Positions 35,333 to 44,628 of a stretch of 64,000 nt of DNA are shown here, in pieces. Source of the stretch: an uncultured Lachnospiraceae bacterium. GTDB taxonomy: Bacteria; Bacillota; Clostridia; Lachnospirales; Lachnospiraceae. The notes under the pieces were generated by a model. That model made no database searches, was not told where the DNA came from, and was given only the letters and a program-made list of their open reading frames with translations. Each line of letters begins with the position of its first letter. Position 1 is the first letter of the stretch. The stretch is taken from NCBI GenBank assembly GCA_934402515.1, contig CAKRTZ010000001.1, positions 368 to 64,367 of the forward strand. The letters run 5' to 3'. The position numbers and the translations under genes were made by a program.

Positions 35333-38248
35333 CTATTCAATTTCCGAAAGAACCTGTCTCAAAATCGTCAGATCCGGTTGGGACAAGGTACTGTCTGCCT
35401 TACCCAGTAAGAACCCCTGCAGGTAATCCACTCCCATGGAAATTACCATGGATAGTTCCTCTTTCTTCTCGATTCCCTCTGCAATCACTTTCTGTCCATT
35501 TGCATGGCAGTAATCAATGATATGCTTTACCAGAACCTGTGTGGAAGGATAAAGATGGATATTCTGGATCAGACTCATATCCAGTTTCACATAATCAAAC
35601 TGTCTCGACACAAGAATATCGCTGTTGCTGTAGCCGGTTCCAAAGTCATCCAGTGCCAGAGGAATATGCCAGCGCCTGCACCATAGACTCTTTGCATTCT
35701 CCATCTCCTCATCCACACGGGTATTCTCTGTCATCTCCACCACGATCTGTCCCAAAAGGGCACCGTATTCTGTCTCCAGCTGTTTAAATTCCTCCGGTTT
35801 CAGGCATTGATTGGGCATGGAATTTAAGAACATATGACAGGGATGATCCGCATCATAAAATTTTGCAAACGTCCGGATGCTGTGAAACCAGGTGATTTTC
35901 TCCACCACTCCAAGCTTGGACTGGCTTTCTGCCAGTCGGATCAGCTCTGTCGCATTATGAACCGTCTCCGATACGGGATGCATCAACGCTTCATAGGCAA
36001 ATACGTTACATTCCTTCACAGAGATGATCGGCTGGAATGCATAAGACACACTTTCCTCCTCCAGGATCCGGTTCAACTCACCAACCCCGTTAACCAGAAT
36101 GTTGTCTCGCACATACCGTTCCACATTAAAACTGCTGATGCCACCTTTGGAGCTTTTCTTGATCTCATACATGGCAAAATCAGCGTATTGAATCAGTTCT
36201 TTATATTTTCTGGCGTCCTCCGGATAGAAGGACATGCCTGCCGAAGCACTTACAGACATCAGATTTCCATCCGGCAGATACAATTTTTCTTTACAAAAAC
36301 TTTGATGTACTTTGCGGAGTCTCTCCATCATTTCAGCTTTGGGCCTGTTATACATAAATACCAGAAATTCATCTCCGCTCATTCTGGCAACCACGCACTT
36401 CTCATCCGCCAGTCTGGAAAAATAATCCGCCAGCTGACAGATATATTTATCTCCCATCTCATGACCGAAAGTATCATTCACATACTTCAGGTTATCCAGA
36501 TCCCAGATGGACATCATCGCATTCTGCACCTTGCCCGTAGCAATCAGCTCCTGAACAATCCTGGAGAACGCGCGACGATTATAGAGATTCGTCAGCATGT
36601 CATAATCTCTTTCATGCTTGATTTTTTTCTTCTCCATCATATCCATGGTCACATCTGTAACAATACACAGCCAGTATCTTTCGTCTCTCTTCTCCCGGAG
36701 CTGTACATATTTCTCCCTGCCCTTAGGATCCGTATAAAGGTAGACATCCTTTTCATCCTCGTCGGCAACGGCATTGGACATAATGTTTTCAATGGTAGAA
36801 TCAAAACAGTGCCTGGACATATAATTATCCTTCCAATCGCCCTTGGGTACACGGAAAATGTCAAAAATCTTCTCTGTACAGAAAATCTTGTCACTGTCTT
36901 CTTGATACTCCCACATTCCCAGACGAAGATTTGACAACTGGATAATATCTGCTATCTTATTTCCTGCCTTATAGGCAGCAAAACTCTGCCTCTCTACCTC
37001 TCTCGCCAATTCATCGATTTCACGGATATCGGTTCTGGGAAGGCGCATTTTCTGTGGGGATAAATCTTTCAGGCCGTTCACCAGTGTAACCAGAGGTCTC
37101 GAGGTGTTGCCGGAGATGATCACTGCTATTACAATACTGATTCCCAGAGAAACAGAAAGAGCTACCATCAGGGAAATCATCAATCGGTGAGATGACGCAT
37201 GCAGTGCGCCATAGCTTGCAAAGGCTCCCAGCACCCATACTTCATCAGCGTAGGGACTGCTGTCCTCATACAAATGGAACGGATAATAATAAAAGTCAAA
37301 ATTCTCGCTGTTTCCCAATCCACTGGCCGTACTGAATCCCCCCACTGTATGCTGTTCCAGTGTGAACACAGACTGTCCTTCTAACATTTTCTCATACTCA
37401 TCGCCGTGTACCGCTACCGTGCGGAAAGAAATTCCATCCTGCGTGATTCCGAGATAATACGCCGCATTGATATCAATACTAAGTTCTTCCGAAGGAAGAA
37501 GCTGTTTTAAATTCTCCAAATTGACACCAATTCCCATCACTCCATAGGGCTTGTGATTATCGTCCCACAGTGGAATGGTATAAGTAATCATTTGATCCAG
37601 GTCATCTGATATTTGAAAGGGTGCAGAAAAATAACCCAGCTGCTCCGCTGATGTGTCCGGATGATTATAGGCTTCCATCAGGGGGGTCACATAGTAATCT
37701 GTAGTTCCCTGAATTGGCATTTTTTCACACCAGCTGTCCGACAAAAGAATACCTTTCGTCATCATCGCCCGCCGGGGACCATATTCCAGAAGAACCTCAT
37801 CACTACTTGGATCTTTTCTTAAATATAAAGCCTCTTTGCTATGATAAGTTCCCGGTTCAAAAATAATAAAGAAGTCAGTCACGCCCAGATCATCCATACA
37901 GTTCTTGGCTGTATCCGCCACATTTGCCAAAACTTCCCGACGGTTGATGCTGTCCTGCACAAAGTTCTGAACTGATATATACTTATGCATCGCCATCTTT
38001 GATACCATTGCAGTCACCTCTGTATAATAGGGTTCCAGGCTGCTCCAGGTCTTCAGCTTTTCCTCTACATTTTCTCCCCGGTTATACACGGCATTTTTAT
38101 AGATCTGCATGGTACTCTCATCCAGCTTACGGGTAGTACCTGTCAGTTCAATAATGCCCACTACCATCAGAATTTGAAGTAAAGCTACCAAAAGGATTGA
38201 TAGAAGCATGCGGGTCTGTAATGTTTTTGTTTTATGCTTTTTATTCAT
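35333..38248 (-). CDS. Membrane sensor protein with GGDEF and EAL domains (c-di-GMP turnover)
   Basis: 971 aa. Two TM helices bracket an extracytoplasmic region of about 330 aa. The GGDEF-type site reads SGDEF (ARMSGDEFLVF). EAL motifs are YEALMHP, DDFGTGYSN, KLDMSLI and EGIE. Confidence 0.85.
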   Translation of the reverse strand: MNKKHKTKTLQTRMLLSILLVALLQILMVVGIIELTGTTRKLDESTMQIYKNAVYNRGENVEEKLKTWSSLEPYYTEVTAMVSKMAMHKYISVQNFVQDSINRREVLANVADTAKNCMDDLGVTDFFIIFEPGTYHSKEALYLRKDPSSDEVLLEYGPRRAMMTKGILLSDSWCEKMPIQGTTDYYVTPLMEAYNHPDTSAEQLGYFSAPFQISDDLDQMITYTIPLWDDNHKPYGVMGIGVNLENLKQLLPSEELSIDINAAYYLGITQDGISFRTVAVHGDEYEKMLEGQSVFTLEQHTVGGFSTASGLGNSENFDFYYYPFHLYEDSSPYADEVWVLGAFASYGALHASSHRLMISLMVALSVSLGISIVIAVIISGNTSRPLVTLVNGLKDLSPQKMRLPRTDIREIDELAREVERQSFAAYKAGNKIADIIQLSNLRLGMWEYQEDSDKIFCTEKIFDIFRVPKGDWKDNYMSRHCFDSTIENIMSNAVADEDEKDVYLYTDPKGREKYVQLREKRDERYWLCIVTDVTMDMMEKKKIKHERDYDMLTNLYNRRAFSRIVQELIATGKVQNAMMSIWDLDNLKYVNDTFGHEMGDKYICQLADYFSRLADEKCVVARMSGDEFLVFMYNRPKAEMMERLRKVHQSFCKEKLYLPDGNLMSVSASAGMSFYPEDARKYKELIQYADFAMYEIKKSSKGGISSFNVERYVRDNILVNGVGELNRILEEESVSYAFQPIISVKECNVFAYEALMHPVSETVHNATELIRLAESQSKLGVVEKITWFHSIRTFAKFYDADHPCHMFLNSMPNQCLKPEEFKQLETEYGALLGQIVVEMTENTRVDEEMENAKSLWCRRWHIPLALDDFGTGYSNSDILVSRQFDYVKLDMSLIQNIHLYPSTQVLVKHIIDYCHANGQKVIAEGIEKKEELSMVISMGVDYLQGFLLGKADSTLSQPDLTILRQVLSEIE

Positions 38249-38532
38249 TCCGCCATGTCCTTTCTATCAAAATTTTATCTGTACATTATACGACATTTTA
38301 CCACAAAATCCGTTCTCTGTATACAAATCTTTCGTGTCAATCCCAGACCTTCTTCCTAATCTTCCTACCATCTCTGCGTAGCAAAAAGGATAGAATATGT
38401 ACCTAAGTACCATATTGTTCACAGATTGTTAACAAATTAAGTGTATTTTATTTACAATTGTATTATATTATAATAAGCAAGAAGAAAAAAGTTTTTTCTT
38501 ACAAATACTTTTTCATACTCCCCCCTTTTATG

Positions 38533-38566
38533 AACTCCGGATCTGCCAATCCGGAGTTTTTTATTT
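38533..38566 (+). terminator. Orphan terminator-like hairpin oriented for the plus strand
   Basis: AACTCCGG atctgccaat CCGGAGTT is followed by TTTTTATTT on the plus strand. No plus-strand ORF lies upstream. Confidence 0.4.
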
Positions 38567-38595
38567 GCTGCTTTTCTTCCTGAAATGCAGAAAAT

Positions 38596-38646
38596 AAGCC
38601 TGTTTCCGGCGTTTTTTTACTTTTATTATTCGCCAGGAACAGGCTT
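38596..38646 (-). terminator. Probable terminator after the aldolase-family gene
   Basis: AAGCCTGTTTCCGG / CCAGGAACAGGCTT arms with an AT-rich 23-nt loop. On the minus strand it is followed by ATTTTCT. Confidence 0.45.
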
Positions 38647-38679
38647 GTTTTAATTATTTAATTCAAATAGTTTATTTTA

Positions 38680-39657
38680 TTAGAAATTATCCAACAATTC
38701 TTGATAAAAATTGGGATAGTCCTGACGTTCACGTTCTTCGAAGTCGATGGCAGTCCGGGGATGCTGGTTCAAAATGCCAGTCAGCAGGTAGGGAACATCG
38801 TAACCCCACTTCACGCCCTCTGCTCTCAGTTTCGTAATGTGCTTCTCGATGAAGATGAGAATGGGCATGATATTGTACCGGGGATTTTTCAGAAAGCCCA
38901 ACAGCAGTTCGCTGGGGCAGTTTCCTGCGCCCCGTCCCAAGGAGCTGACGGTGGCATCCAGATAGCTGACACCGTTGATGATTGCTTCGATGGTATTGGC
39001 AAAGGCAAGCTGCTGGTTGTTGTGGGCATGGATACCGATTTTCTTATTGTACTTTTCACCGATTGCCATGTACTTCTCAGCCAGGCGGATGACCTGCTCC
39101 GGGTAGAGGCTGCCGTAGCTGTCCACCAGATAGATGACATCCACAGGGGACTGTCCCAACATTTCCAGCGCCGCATCCAAATCCACCTCACTGGCTTTGG
39201 AAACTGCCATGATGTTACAGCAGACCTCGTAGCCCTTCTTCTTGGCATCCTGAATCATATCAATGGCTGCGGGAATGGTATTAATATAAGTAGCAACCCG
39301 GATCATATCAATGGGGCTGTCCTTTTTGGGAAGGATGTCTTTTTTATAATCACAGCGTCCCACATCTGCCATGACGCTGATTTTCATGTCCGTTTTGTTG
39401 TCTCCCACAATCTCCCGGATATCCTTGTCATCACAGAATTTCCATTTTCCGAACTTCTTTACATCAAAGAGCTCCTTGGATGCCTTGTAACCAAACTCCA
39501 TATAGTCCACACCGGCTTTTAAATTCGCCAGATACAGGTCTCTCACAAATTCATCGGTAAAATGAAAGTCATTGGTAAGTCCACCGTCCCGCAGGGTACA
39601 GTCCATAACCCTGATATCCGGTGCATAAGACATTAAGGTACGATTATCTTTTCTCAT
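38680..39657 (-). CDS. DRE-TIM metallolyase / HMGL-like aldolase-family protein (pyruvate carboxyltransferase domain)
   Basis: 325 aa with DCTLRDGG, a TIM-barrel pattern and HAHNNQQLAFANT. The substrate cannot be read from the sequence. Confidence 0.65.
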   Translation of the reverse strand: MRKDNRTLMSYAPDIRVMDCTLRDGGLTNDFHFTDEFVRDLYLANLKAGVDYMEFGYKASKELFDVKKFGKWKFCDDKDIREIVGDNKTDMKISVMADVGRCDYKKDILPKKDSPIDMIRVATYINTIPAAIDMIQDAKKKGYEVCCNIMAVSKASEVDLDAALEMLGQSPVDVIYLVDSYGSLYPEQVIRLAEKYMAIGEKYNKKIGIHAHNNQQLAFANTIEAIINGVSYLDATVSSLGRGAGNCPSELLLGFLKNPRYNIMPILIFIEKHITKLRAEGVKWGYDVPYLLTGILNQHPRTAIDFEERERQDYPNFYQELLDNF

Positions 39658-39689
39658 AGGTCTACACTCCTTTTCGTAAAGTGATTGTT

Positions 39690-40913
39690 TTAAACGGTGA
39701 ATTTATGGAAACTCTTTTTACCTTTCTTTACCAGAAACTCCTCGGCACCGATTTCTTCTTTGGTGTAGGCTGCCTTTACATCGGTAACCTTTTCATTTTT
39801 GACGGTAACGCCGCCCTGCTCGATGGCACGTCTGCCCTCGGTACGGTTGGTTACCATTTTTCCTTTCACCATCAGTCCGATTAAGTCAATCTTACCATCC
39901 TTCAAATCCTCATCGGTAATCTGGGTGGTGGGTACGTTCTCGGTGCTGCCACCGCCTACGAACAGGGATTTGGCTGCGCTTTCTGCCTTGGCTGCCTCAT
40001 CATCGCCATGTACCAGTGCAGTCAGTTCCTTTGCCAGAATCTCCTTCGCCTGGTTCAACTGGCTGCCTTCCCATTTATCCATCTCATCAATCTGTTCGAT
40101 GGGCAGGAAAGTGAGCATCCGCAGGCATTTCAGTACATCCGCGTCACTGACATTTCTCCAGTACTGATAAAACTCGTAAGGAGAAGTTTTGTCAGGATCA
40201 AGCCATACGGCACCTTTCTGGGTCTTGCCCATCTTCTTGCCTTCGGAGTTTAAAAGCAGGGTGATGGTCATCGCATAAGCATCCTTACCCAGCTTCTTAC
40301 GGATCAGATCCGTACCTCCTAACATATTGCTCCACTGGTCATCTCCGCCGAACTGCATGTTACAGCCGTATCTCTTGTAAAGTTCCAGGAAATCATAACT
40401 CTGCATAATCATGTAGTTGAACTCCAGGAAGCTTAAGCCCTTTTCCATACGCTGTTTGTAGCACTCTGCACGGAGCATGTTGTTGACGGAGAAACAAGCA
40501 CCGATGTCACGGATAAATTCGATGTAGTTTAAGTCTCTCAGCCATTCTGCGTTATTGACCATCATCGCCTTGTCCGGTCCAAACTCGATGAAACGGCTCA
40601 TCTGCTTTTTAAAGCACTCACAGTTGTGGTCAATGGTGTCTGTGGTCATCATGGAACGCATATCGGTACGTCCGGAAGGGTCACCAATCATGCCGGTTCC
40701 GCCACCGATTAAGGCGATGGGTTTGTTACCGGCCTGCTGGAGACGTTTCATCAGGCAAAGTGCCATGAAGTGTCCCACATGGAGGGAATCCGCGGTGGGG
40801 TCAAAGCCAATGTAGAAGGTTGCTTTTCCGTTATTGATGAGTTCCCGGATCTGCTCTTCATCGGTCAGCTGCGCAAGAAGTCCTCTTGCCTGTAATTCTT
40901 CGTAGATTTTCAT
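39690..40913 (-). CDS. tyrS: Tyrosine--tRNA ligase
   Basis: HIGH motif as LHVGHF, KMSKS motif as KMGKT, and a C-terminal S4-like domain. I start at MKIYEELQARGLL (ATG 40913), which has GAGAGGAA upstream. The track ORF is extended 18 codons. Confidence 0.95.
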   Translation of the reverse strand: MKIYEELQARGLLAQLTDEEQIRELINNGKATFYIGFDPTADSLHVGHFMALCLMKRLQQAGNKPIALIGGGTGMIGDPSGRTDMRSMMTTDTIDHNCECFKKQMSRFIEFGPDKAMMVNNAEWLRDLNYIEFIRDIGACFSVNNMLRAECYKQRMEKGLSFLEFNYMIMQSYDFLELYKRYGCNMQFGGDDQWSNMLGGTDLIRKKLGKDAYAMTITLLLNSEGKKMGKTQKGAVWLDPDKTSPYEFYQYWRNVSDADVLKCLRMLTFLPIEQIDEMDKWEGSQLNQAKEILAKELTALVHGDDEAAKAESAAKSLFVGGGSTENVPTTQITDEDLKDGKIDLIGLMVKGKMVTNRTEGRRAIEQGGVTVKNEKVTDVKAAYTKEEIGAEEFLVKKGKKSFHKFTV

Positions 40914-40964
40914 AGTAGTGTTCCTCTCTTTCTGAATAAATAAAATCCTGCTGAGGAAAGGAAT

Positions 40965-41255
40965 CAAAAAAGCCCATCCTCAAGCATTTACGCTTAAGGA
41001 CGGGCTATACGCTCGTGTTACCACCTTAATTCACAAGCTGTTCACACAGCCTGCCTCAGTAAGTACAGAGATGATTCTCGATACTCTCCTGCGATAACGT
41101 GCAGGTGACGTTGCATCCTAATACCGGAATGGATTCGGTGCACAGCTCCGAGATGTATTCACACGGAAGTTCCCCTGCGCCTCTCATCCACCGGCTGCTT
41201 TCTGTAGGTTTTCCTTCTTGCTACTTGTTCTCTTCTCAGCTTTTTCTTATAAACT
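40965..41255 (-). promoter_or_regulatory. T-box riboswitch leader, tyrosine-specific
   Basis: On the minus strand the T-box sequence is AATTAAGGTGGTAACACGAG (41011-41030). The terminator AGCCCGTCCTT...AGGATGGGCT is followed by TTTTTT (40965-41006). The specifier-loop context GAA-UAC-A places the Tyr codon UAC at 41155-41157. Confidence 0.85.
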
Positions 41256-41262
41256 GATTTGT

Positions 41263-41291
41263 ATTTTAATCGCTTTGGTCAGGGATGTCAA
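41263..41291 (-). promoter_or_regulatory. Sigma-A promoter of the tyrS leader
   Basis: TTGACA (41286-41291), a 17-nt spacer, then TAAAAT (41263-41268). Confidence 0.65.
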
Positions 41292-41332
41292 CCCCTTTTT
41301 GCATAGCAAAACTTTAAATAAGCTGCGAACCG

Positions 41333-42808
41333 TTACTGGGAGTAACGTTGATTCTTACGATACTCTCCCGCAGACACACCGCATTCTGCCTTGAACAGTT
41401 TCATGAAATGTTTCTCGTTATCATATCCGATCTGTTTGCAGATTTCATTGACCCTCAGATCCGTCTCTGCCAACAGGCGTTTTGCCTCCCGCAGCCGTAC
41501 CTCCTTCACATAATCCACAAAATTTTTTCCCGTATACTGTTTGAAGGAATAAGAAAACAGGGAGTAATTCATGGACACGTAATTGGAAACCACCGCCATA
41601 TTTAAATCGCTGGCATAGTTTTCATCCACATACTGGATAGCCTGCATCATCTTATGGCGGTTTTTGTTGACATCAAATTGTTTTCCGATCTCCTCCTGCA
41701 TCCACATAACGAAATCGATCACTACATTTTCATATTCCGCAATGGAATCATAGCGCCAGATTTCCCGCAGTCTCGCATAATCCTCACCACGTTCTTCCAG
41801 AATACTTTTATAGATTCTGGAAGCCTCTTCAAAGAAGTTCCCCATGCACCGTTCAAAATCAGCAGGACTGATCCGGCCGCCTTTCGTCTCATGGAAAAAA
41901 CCGGTCCAGGCTTTCTTTAATTCTTCACTTTTTTCAGTGCCAATCAGCTGTACACGCTGCATGCAGCCGCTCTGATCTATGTATTTCTCCGCTACCGAAA
42001 GCAGACCCTCCGGAATGTTTTCCGTTTTCTGGTTATCCCAGGTCTCGTTGCTTACTCTGCAAAACGCCTTTTTTCGCATGGCACAGGCTTCTTCAAAACC
42101 TTCTCTCACCTGCGCAAAGCCACTGTGTAATCCACTGATTCCATAGTACGCTCCCGAAAGATCCTTTGTTATGATTTCTTCCAGTACGTTTTCCCTGGCC
42201 AGAAGCACCTGCATCAGACCCACATCTCTGACAAAAAACATTCCTTCTGCGGTTTCCGGAAAGTCTCCGTGATTCATACAGCACACCCGGAAACTTTCGG
42301 GGAAGAATCCTTCTCCATATTGTTTTTCCAGTTCCGCGATTTCCTCTGCTCCAATCTCTTCCGACTGCATCAGATGCTTTAACTGGCGATATCCGATCTG
42401 CTCAATATTACGGTTTTTATCTCTGGTCTCCTGCAGCTCCCGCTCCAGTTTCTGCAAGATCTCAGTGATTTTCTCACGTTCCACCGGCTTGAGTATATAC
42501 TCCCGCACTCCCTGCCGCAGCATTTCCACTGCGTAGGTGAAATCTTCATAGCCACTCACGGCTACGGTAAGCGGAACATGGGGCAGTACCTGCATTTGTT
42601 TCACCAGTTCGATTCCATCCATCTTGGGCATCCGGATATCCGTGAACATCACATCCACTTTTTCCTCTTTTAAAATCTCCAGTGCTGTCTGTCCGTTATT
42701 GCACTCCAGAATCACCCGTACCGGCACTCCGCTGCGCTGAATCATAGTTTTAAGACCTTGTCTGATCAGTTTTTCATCTTCAACCACTAATATGGTATCC
42801 ATAATCAA
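41333..42808 (-). CDS. Two-component response regulator with an AraC-type DNA-binding domain (YesN-like)
   Basis: N-terminal receiver domain (ILVVEDE...DVMFTDIRMPKMDG) and C-terminal AraC HTH (EICKQIGYDNEKHFMKLFKAECGVSAGEYR). Confidence 0.9.
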   Translation of the reverse strand: MIMDTILVVEDEKLIRQGLKTMIQRSGVPVRVILECNNGQTALEILKEEKVDVMFTDIRMPKMDGIELVKQMQVLPHVPLTVAVSGYEDFTYAVEMLRQGVREYILKPVEREKITEILQKLERELQETRDKNRNIEQIGYRQLKHLMQSEEIGAEEIAELEKQYGEGFFPESFRVCCMNHGDFPETAEGMFFVRDVGLMQVLLARENVLEEIITKDLSGAYYGISGLHSGFAQVREGFEEACAMRKKAFCRVSNETWDNQKTENIPEGLLSVAEKYIDQSGCMQRVQLIGTEKSEELKKAWTGFFHETKGGRISPADFERCMGNFFEEASRIYKSILEERGEDYARLREIWRYDSIAEYENVVIDFVMWMQEEIGKQFDVNKNRHKMMQAIQYVDENYASDLNMAVVSNYVSMNYSLFSYSFKQYTGKNFVDYVKEVRLREAKRLLAETDLRVNEICKQIGYDNEKHFMKLFKAECGVSAGEYRKNQRYSQ

Positions 42809-44628
42809 CCTCTCTTTTCTAACTCTTTATCCTCTGTTATTTCCTCGTGTAAAATAGGAATTCTGACCATTACCTTTGTATAGACCCCCAATTTAGAGGC
42901 AATCTGTATTCCGTAATTTTCTCCAAATGCAATATGAATTCGATCCTGCACGTTTTTCAGGCCGATTCCGTTCCCGCTGCCACCATCGGATTCTATCTCC
43001 CCGGCAATCTTCTTTTCCAGTTTTTCCAGTTCTTCCTCTGTCATACCTTTTCCGGCATCGGAAATTTCAATTATGCAATCACTTCCATCTATGATTCCCT
43101 TAATATAAATACTGGTGTCCTCCGCCATCTGCTCGATGCCGTGATAAATGGCATTCTCCACAATGGGCTGCAGCGTCATTTTGGGAATCTCCTGCTTCAG
43201 GATCAGATCCGGGATATTGATGGACAGATAAATTTCATAGTCAAAACGCAGATTAATCAACGCCATATAATTTTTGATATAATCCAGTTCCTGCTCCACC
43301 AGTACATTCCCATTTACCCAGCGCATGCTATAACGGAGAAGTTTTCCCAAAGAGGTCACCGCATCGGAGATCTCATATTTTTCCTCAATCTCCGCCATCA
43401 TTTTGATAGATTCCAGTACATTATAAATGAAGTGGGCATTGATCTGATTCTGCAATGCACGGATCTCTGAGTTCTTGCTTAACATTTCTCTCTTGAGATT
43501 GTCTTCCATCAATTCCTTGATGCCGACCAGCATGGTGTTGATCTGGCTTCCCAGTTCTCCCATCTCGTCCTTCCCACAATCCTCAATTACCACATCCAGG
43601 TCTCCCTTTTGTACTTCCCGGATGGCAAACAGAATCTCATAAAATTTCTTTAACAGTCCCCGTACAATCAGGTTGATGAGTAATGCCATAATCACCTGCA
43701 CTACAATCATTCCCGCTACAAAGAGGTTCCGGCTGCGCCACACTCCCCGCACACTGTCCGTGATGTCACAGACATACAGCAGTGTTCCATCCAGTTCCTT
43801 TATGGGCATGCTGGAAATCACAAGCTGGCGTCTGTCCAGATAGACATGGCGGGTATCAATCCCGCTTTCCGGCATCTGACTCTCCAGAATCTGTTGCGCC
43901 AGTTCTCTGGAATTTTCCTGCTCATTATCACCAAAATAAATAGCTCCGTCATCATCCACAAAGCAGCTCCATTCCCCTTCGATATTCTCATAAAGACTGG
44001 GAAACATGCTGCTCATGGTCATGGCAGCCTCGATGACTCCAATTGGTTTTCCTGCACGGTTTGTAATGGTGGTTACCAGGGACAAAATCTTCTGGTTTTG
44101 TCTGAGGGAATAGGAAGAAAAAATGGTGTCATCATAATCAAAATTCCAGCCGTTGTAGTCCTCCTTCTGCGCCCAGGAGAGTTTCTGCATCCGACTGTTT
44201 TTATACAAAATGGGCATCATCTCCTGAACATTTTCATTCACAGCATAGACTCTCACCCCATAAAATCTGGGATTGCTGGTTACCAGACGTTCCAGGTGGG
44301 AGATGTCATCGCTTTTTAAATCCAGCCAGTCCTGGGAGGAAACCACCTTTCCCTGGGCAGTCTCGTCCAACACCGACACCAGCAAATCGTCGGTCATAAA
44401 AAACTGGGTCGTAATATTGGCAGAGTCCACACGGGAGACAAAGCCGTCCCGCTCCTTCTCCATATTGTAATTGACGCTGGCGATATTTTCCTGTACCACC
44501 GTCTGCTCCATATACCAGAAATAGATCCCTGCAAACACTCCGATGGGAATCGTAGTACAGACGGTTATCAGGATGGTAAATTTAATATTCAGTTTCAGAT
44601 TGTTTATCGTTTGCAGAAGTTTTTTCAT
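42805..44628 (-). CDS. Sensor histidine kinase (YesM-like: two TM helices, HAMP, His_kinase and HATPase domains)
   Basis: 607 aa. Contains HFIYNVLESI and GNGIGLKNV. It overlaps the response regulator gene by 4 nt and the upstream SBP gene by 4 nt. Confidence 0.9.
   Translation of the reverse strand: MKKLLQTINNLKLNIKFTILITVCTTIPIGVFAGIYFWYMEQTVVQENIASVNYNMEKERDGFVSRVDSANITTQFFMTDDLLVSVLDETAQGKVVSSQDWLDLKSDDISHLERLVTSNPRFYGVRVYAVNENVQEMMPILYKNSRMQKLSWAQKEDYNGWNFDYDDTIFSSYSLRQNQKILSLVTTITNRAGKPIGVIEAAMTMSSMFPSLYENIEGEWSCFVDDDGAIYFGDNEQENSRELAQQILESQMPESGIDTRHVYLDRRQLVISSMPIKELDGTLLYVCDITDSVRGVWRSRNLFVAGMIVVQVIMALLINLIVRGLLKKFYEILFAIREVQKGDLDVVIEDCGKDEMGELGSQINTMLVGIKELMEDNLKREMLSKNSEIRALQNQINAHFIYNVLESIKMMAEIEEKYEISDAVTSLGKLLRYSMRWVNGNVLVEQELDYIKNYMALINLRFDYEIYLSINIPDLILKQEIPKMTLQPIVENAIYHGIEQMAEDTSIYIKGIIDGSDCIIEISDAGKGMTEEELEKLEKKIAGEIESDGGSGNGIGLKNVQDRIHIAFGENYGIQIASKLGVYTKVMVRIPILHEEITEDKELEKRG

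Noticed and set aside
35834-36934. 366-aa plus-strand ORF
   Set aside because: Antisense to the GGDEF-EAL gene. It is a typical shadow of a long coding region, with no Shine-Dalgarno sequence and no recognisable motifs.
38499-38516. Mini-ORF MKKYL* on the minus strand after a GGGGGGAG tract
   Set aside because: The G-tract is only 1 nt from the ATG, which is poor spacing. The ORF is 5 codons long and nothing supports a leader-peptide mechanism.
38701-39522. 273-aa plus-strand ORF
   Set aside because: Antisense to the aldolase-family gene. The minus-strand frame has the DCTLRDGG and HAHNN motifs, a good Shine-Dalgarno sequence and a terminator.
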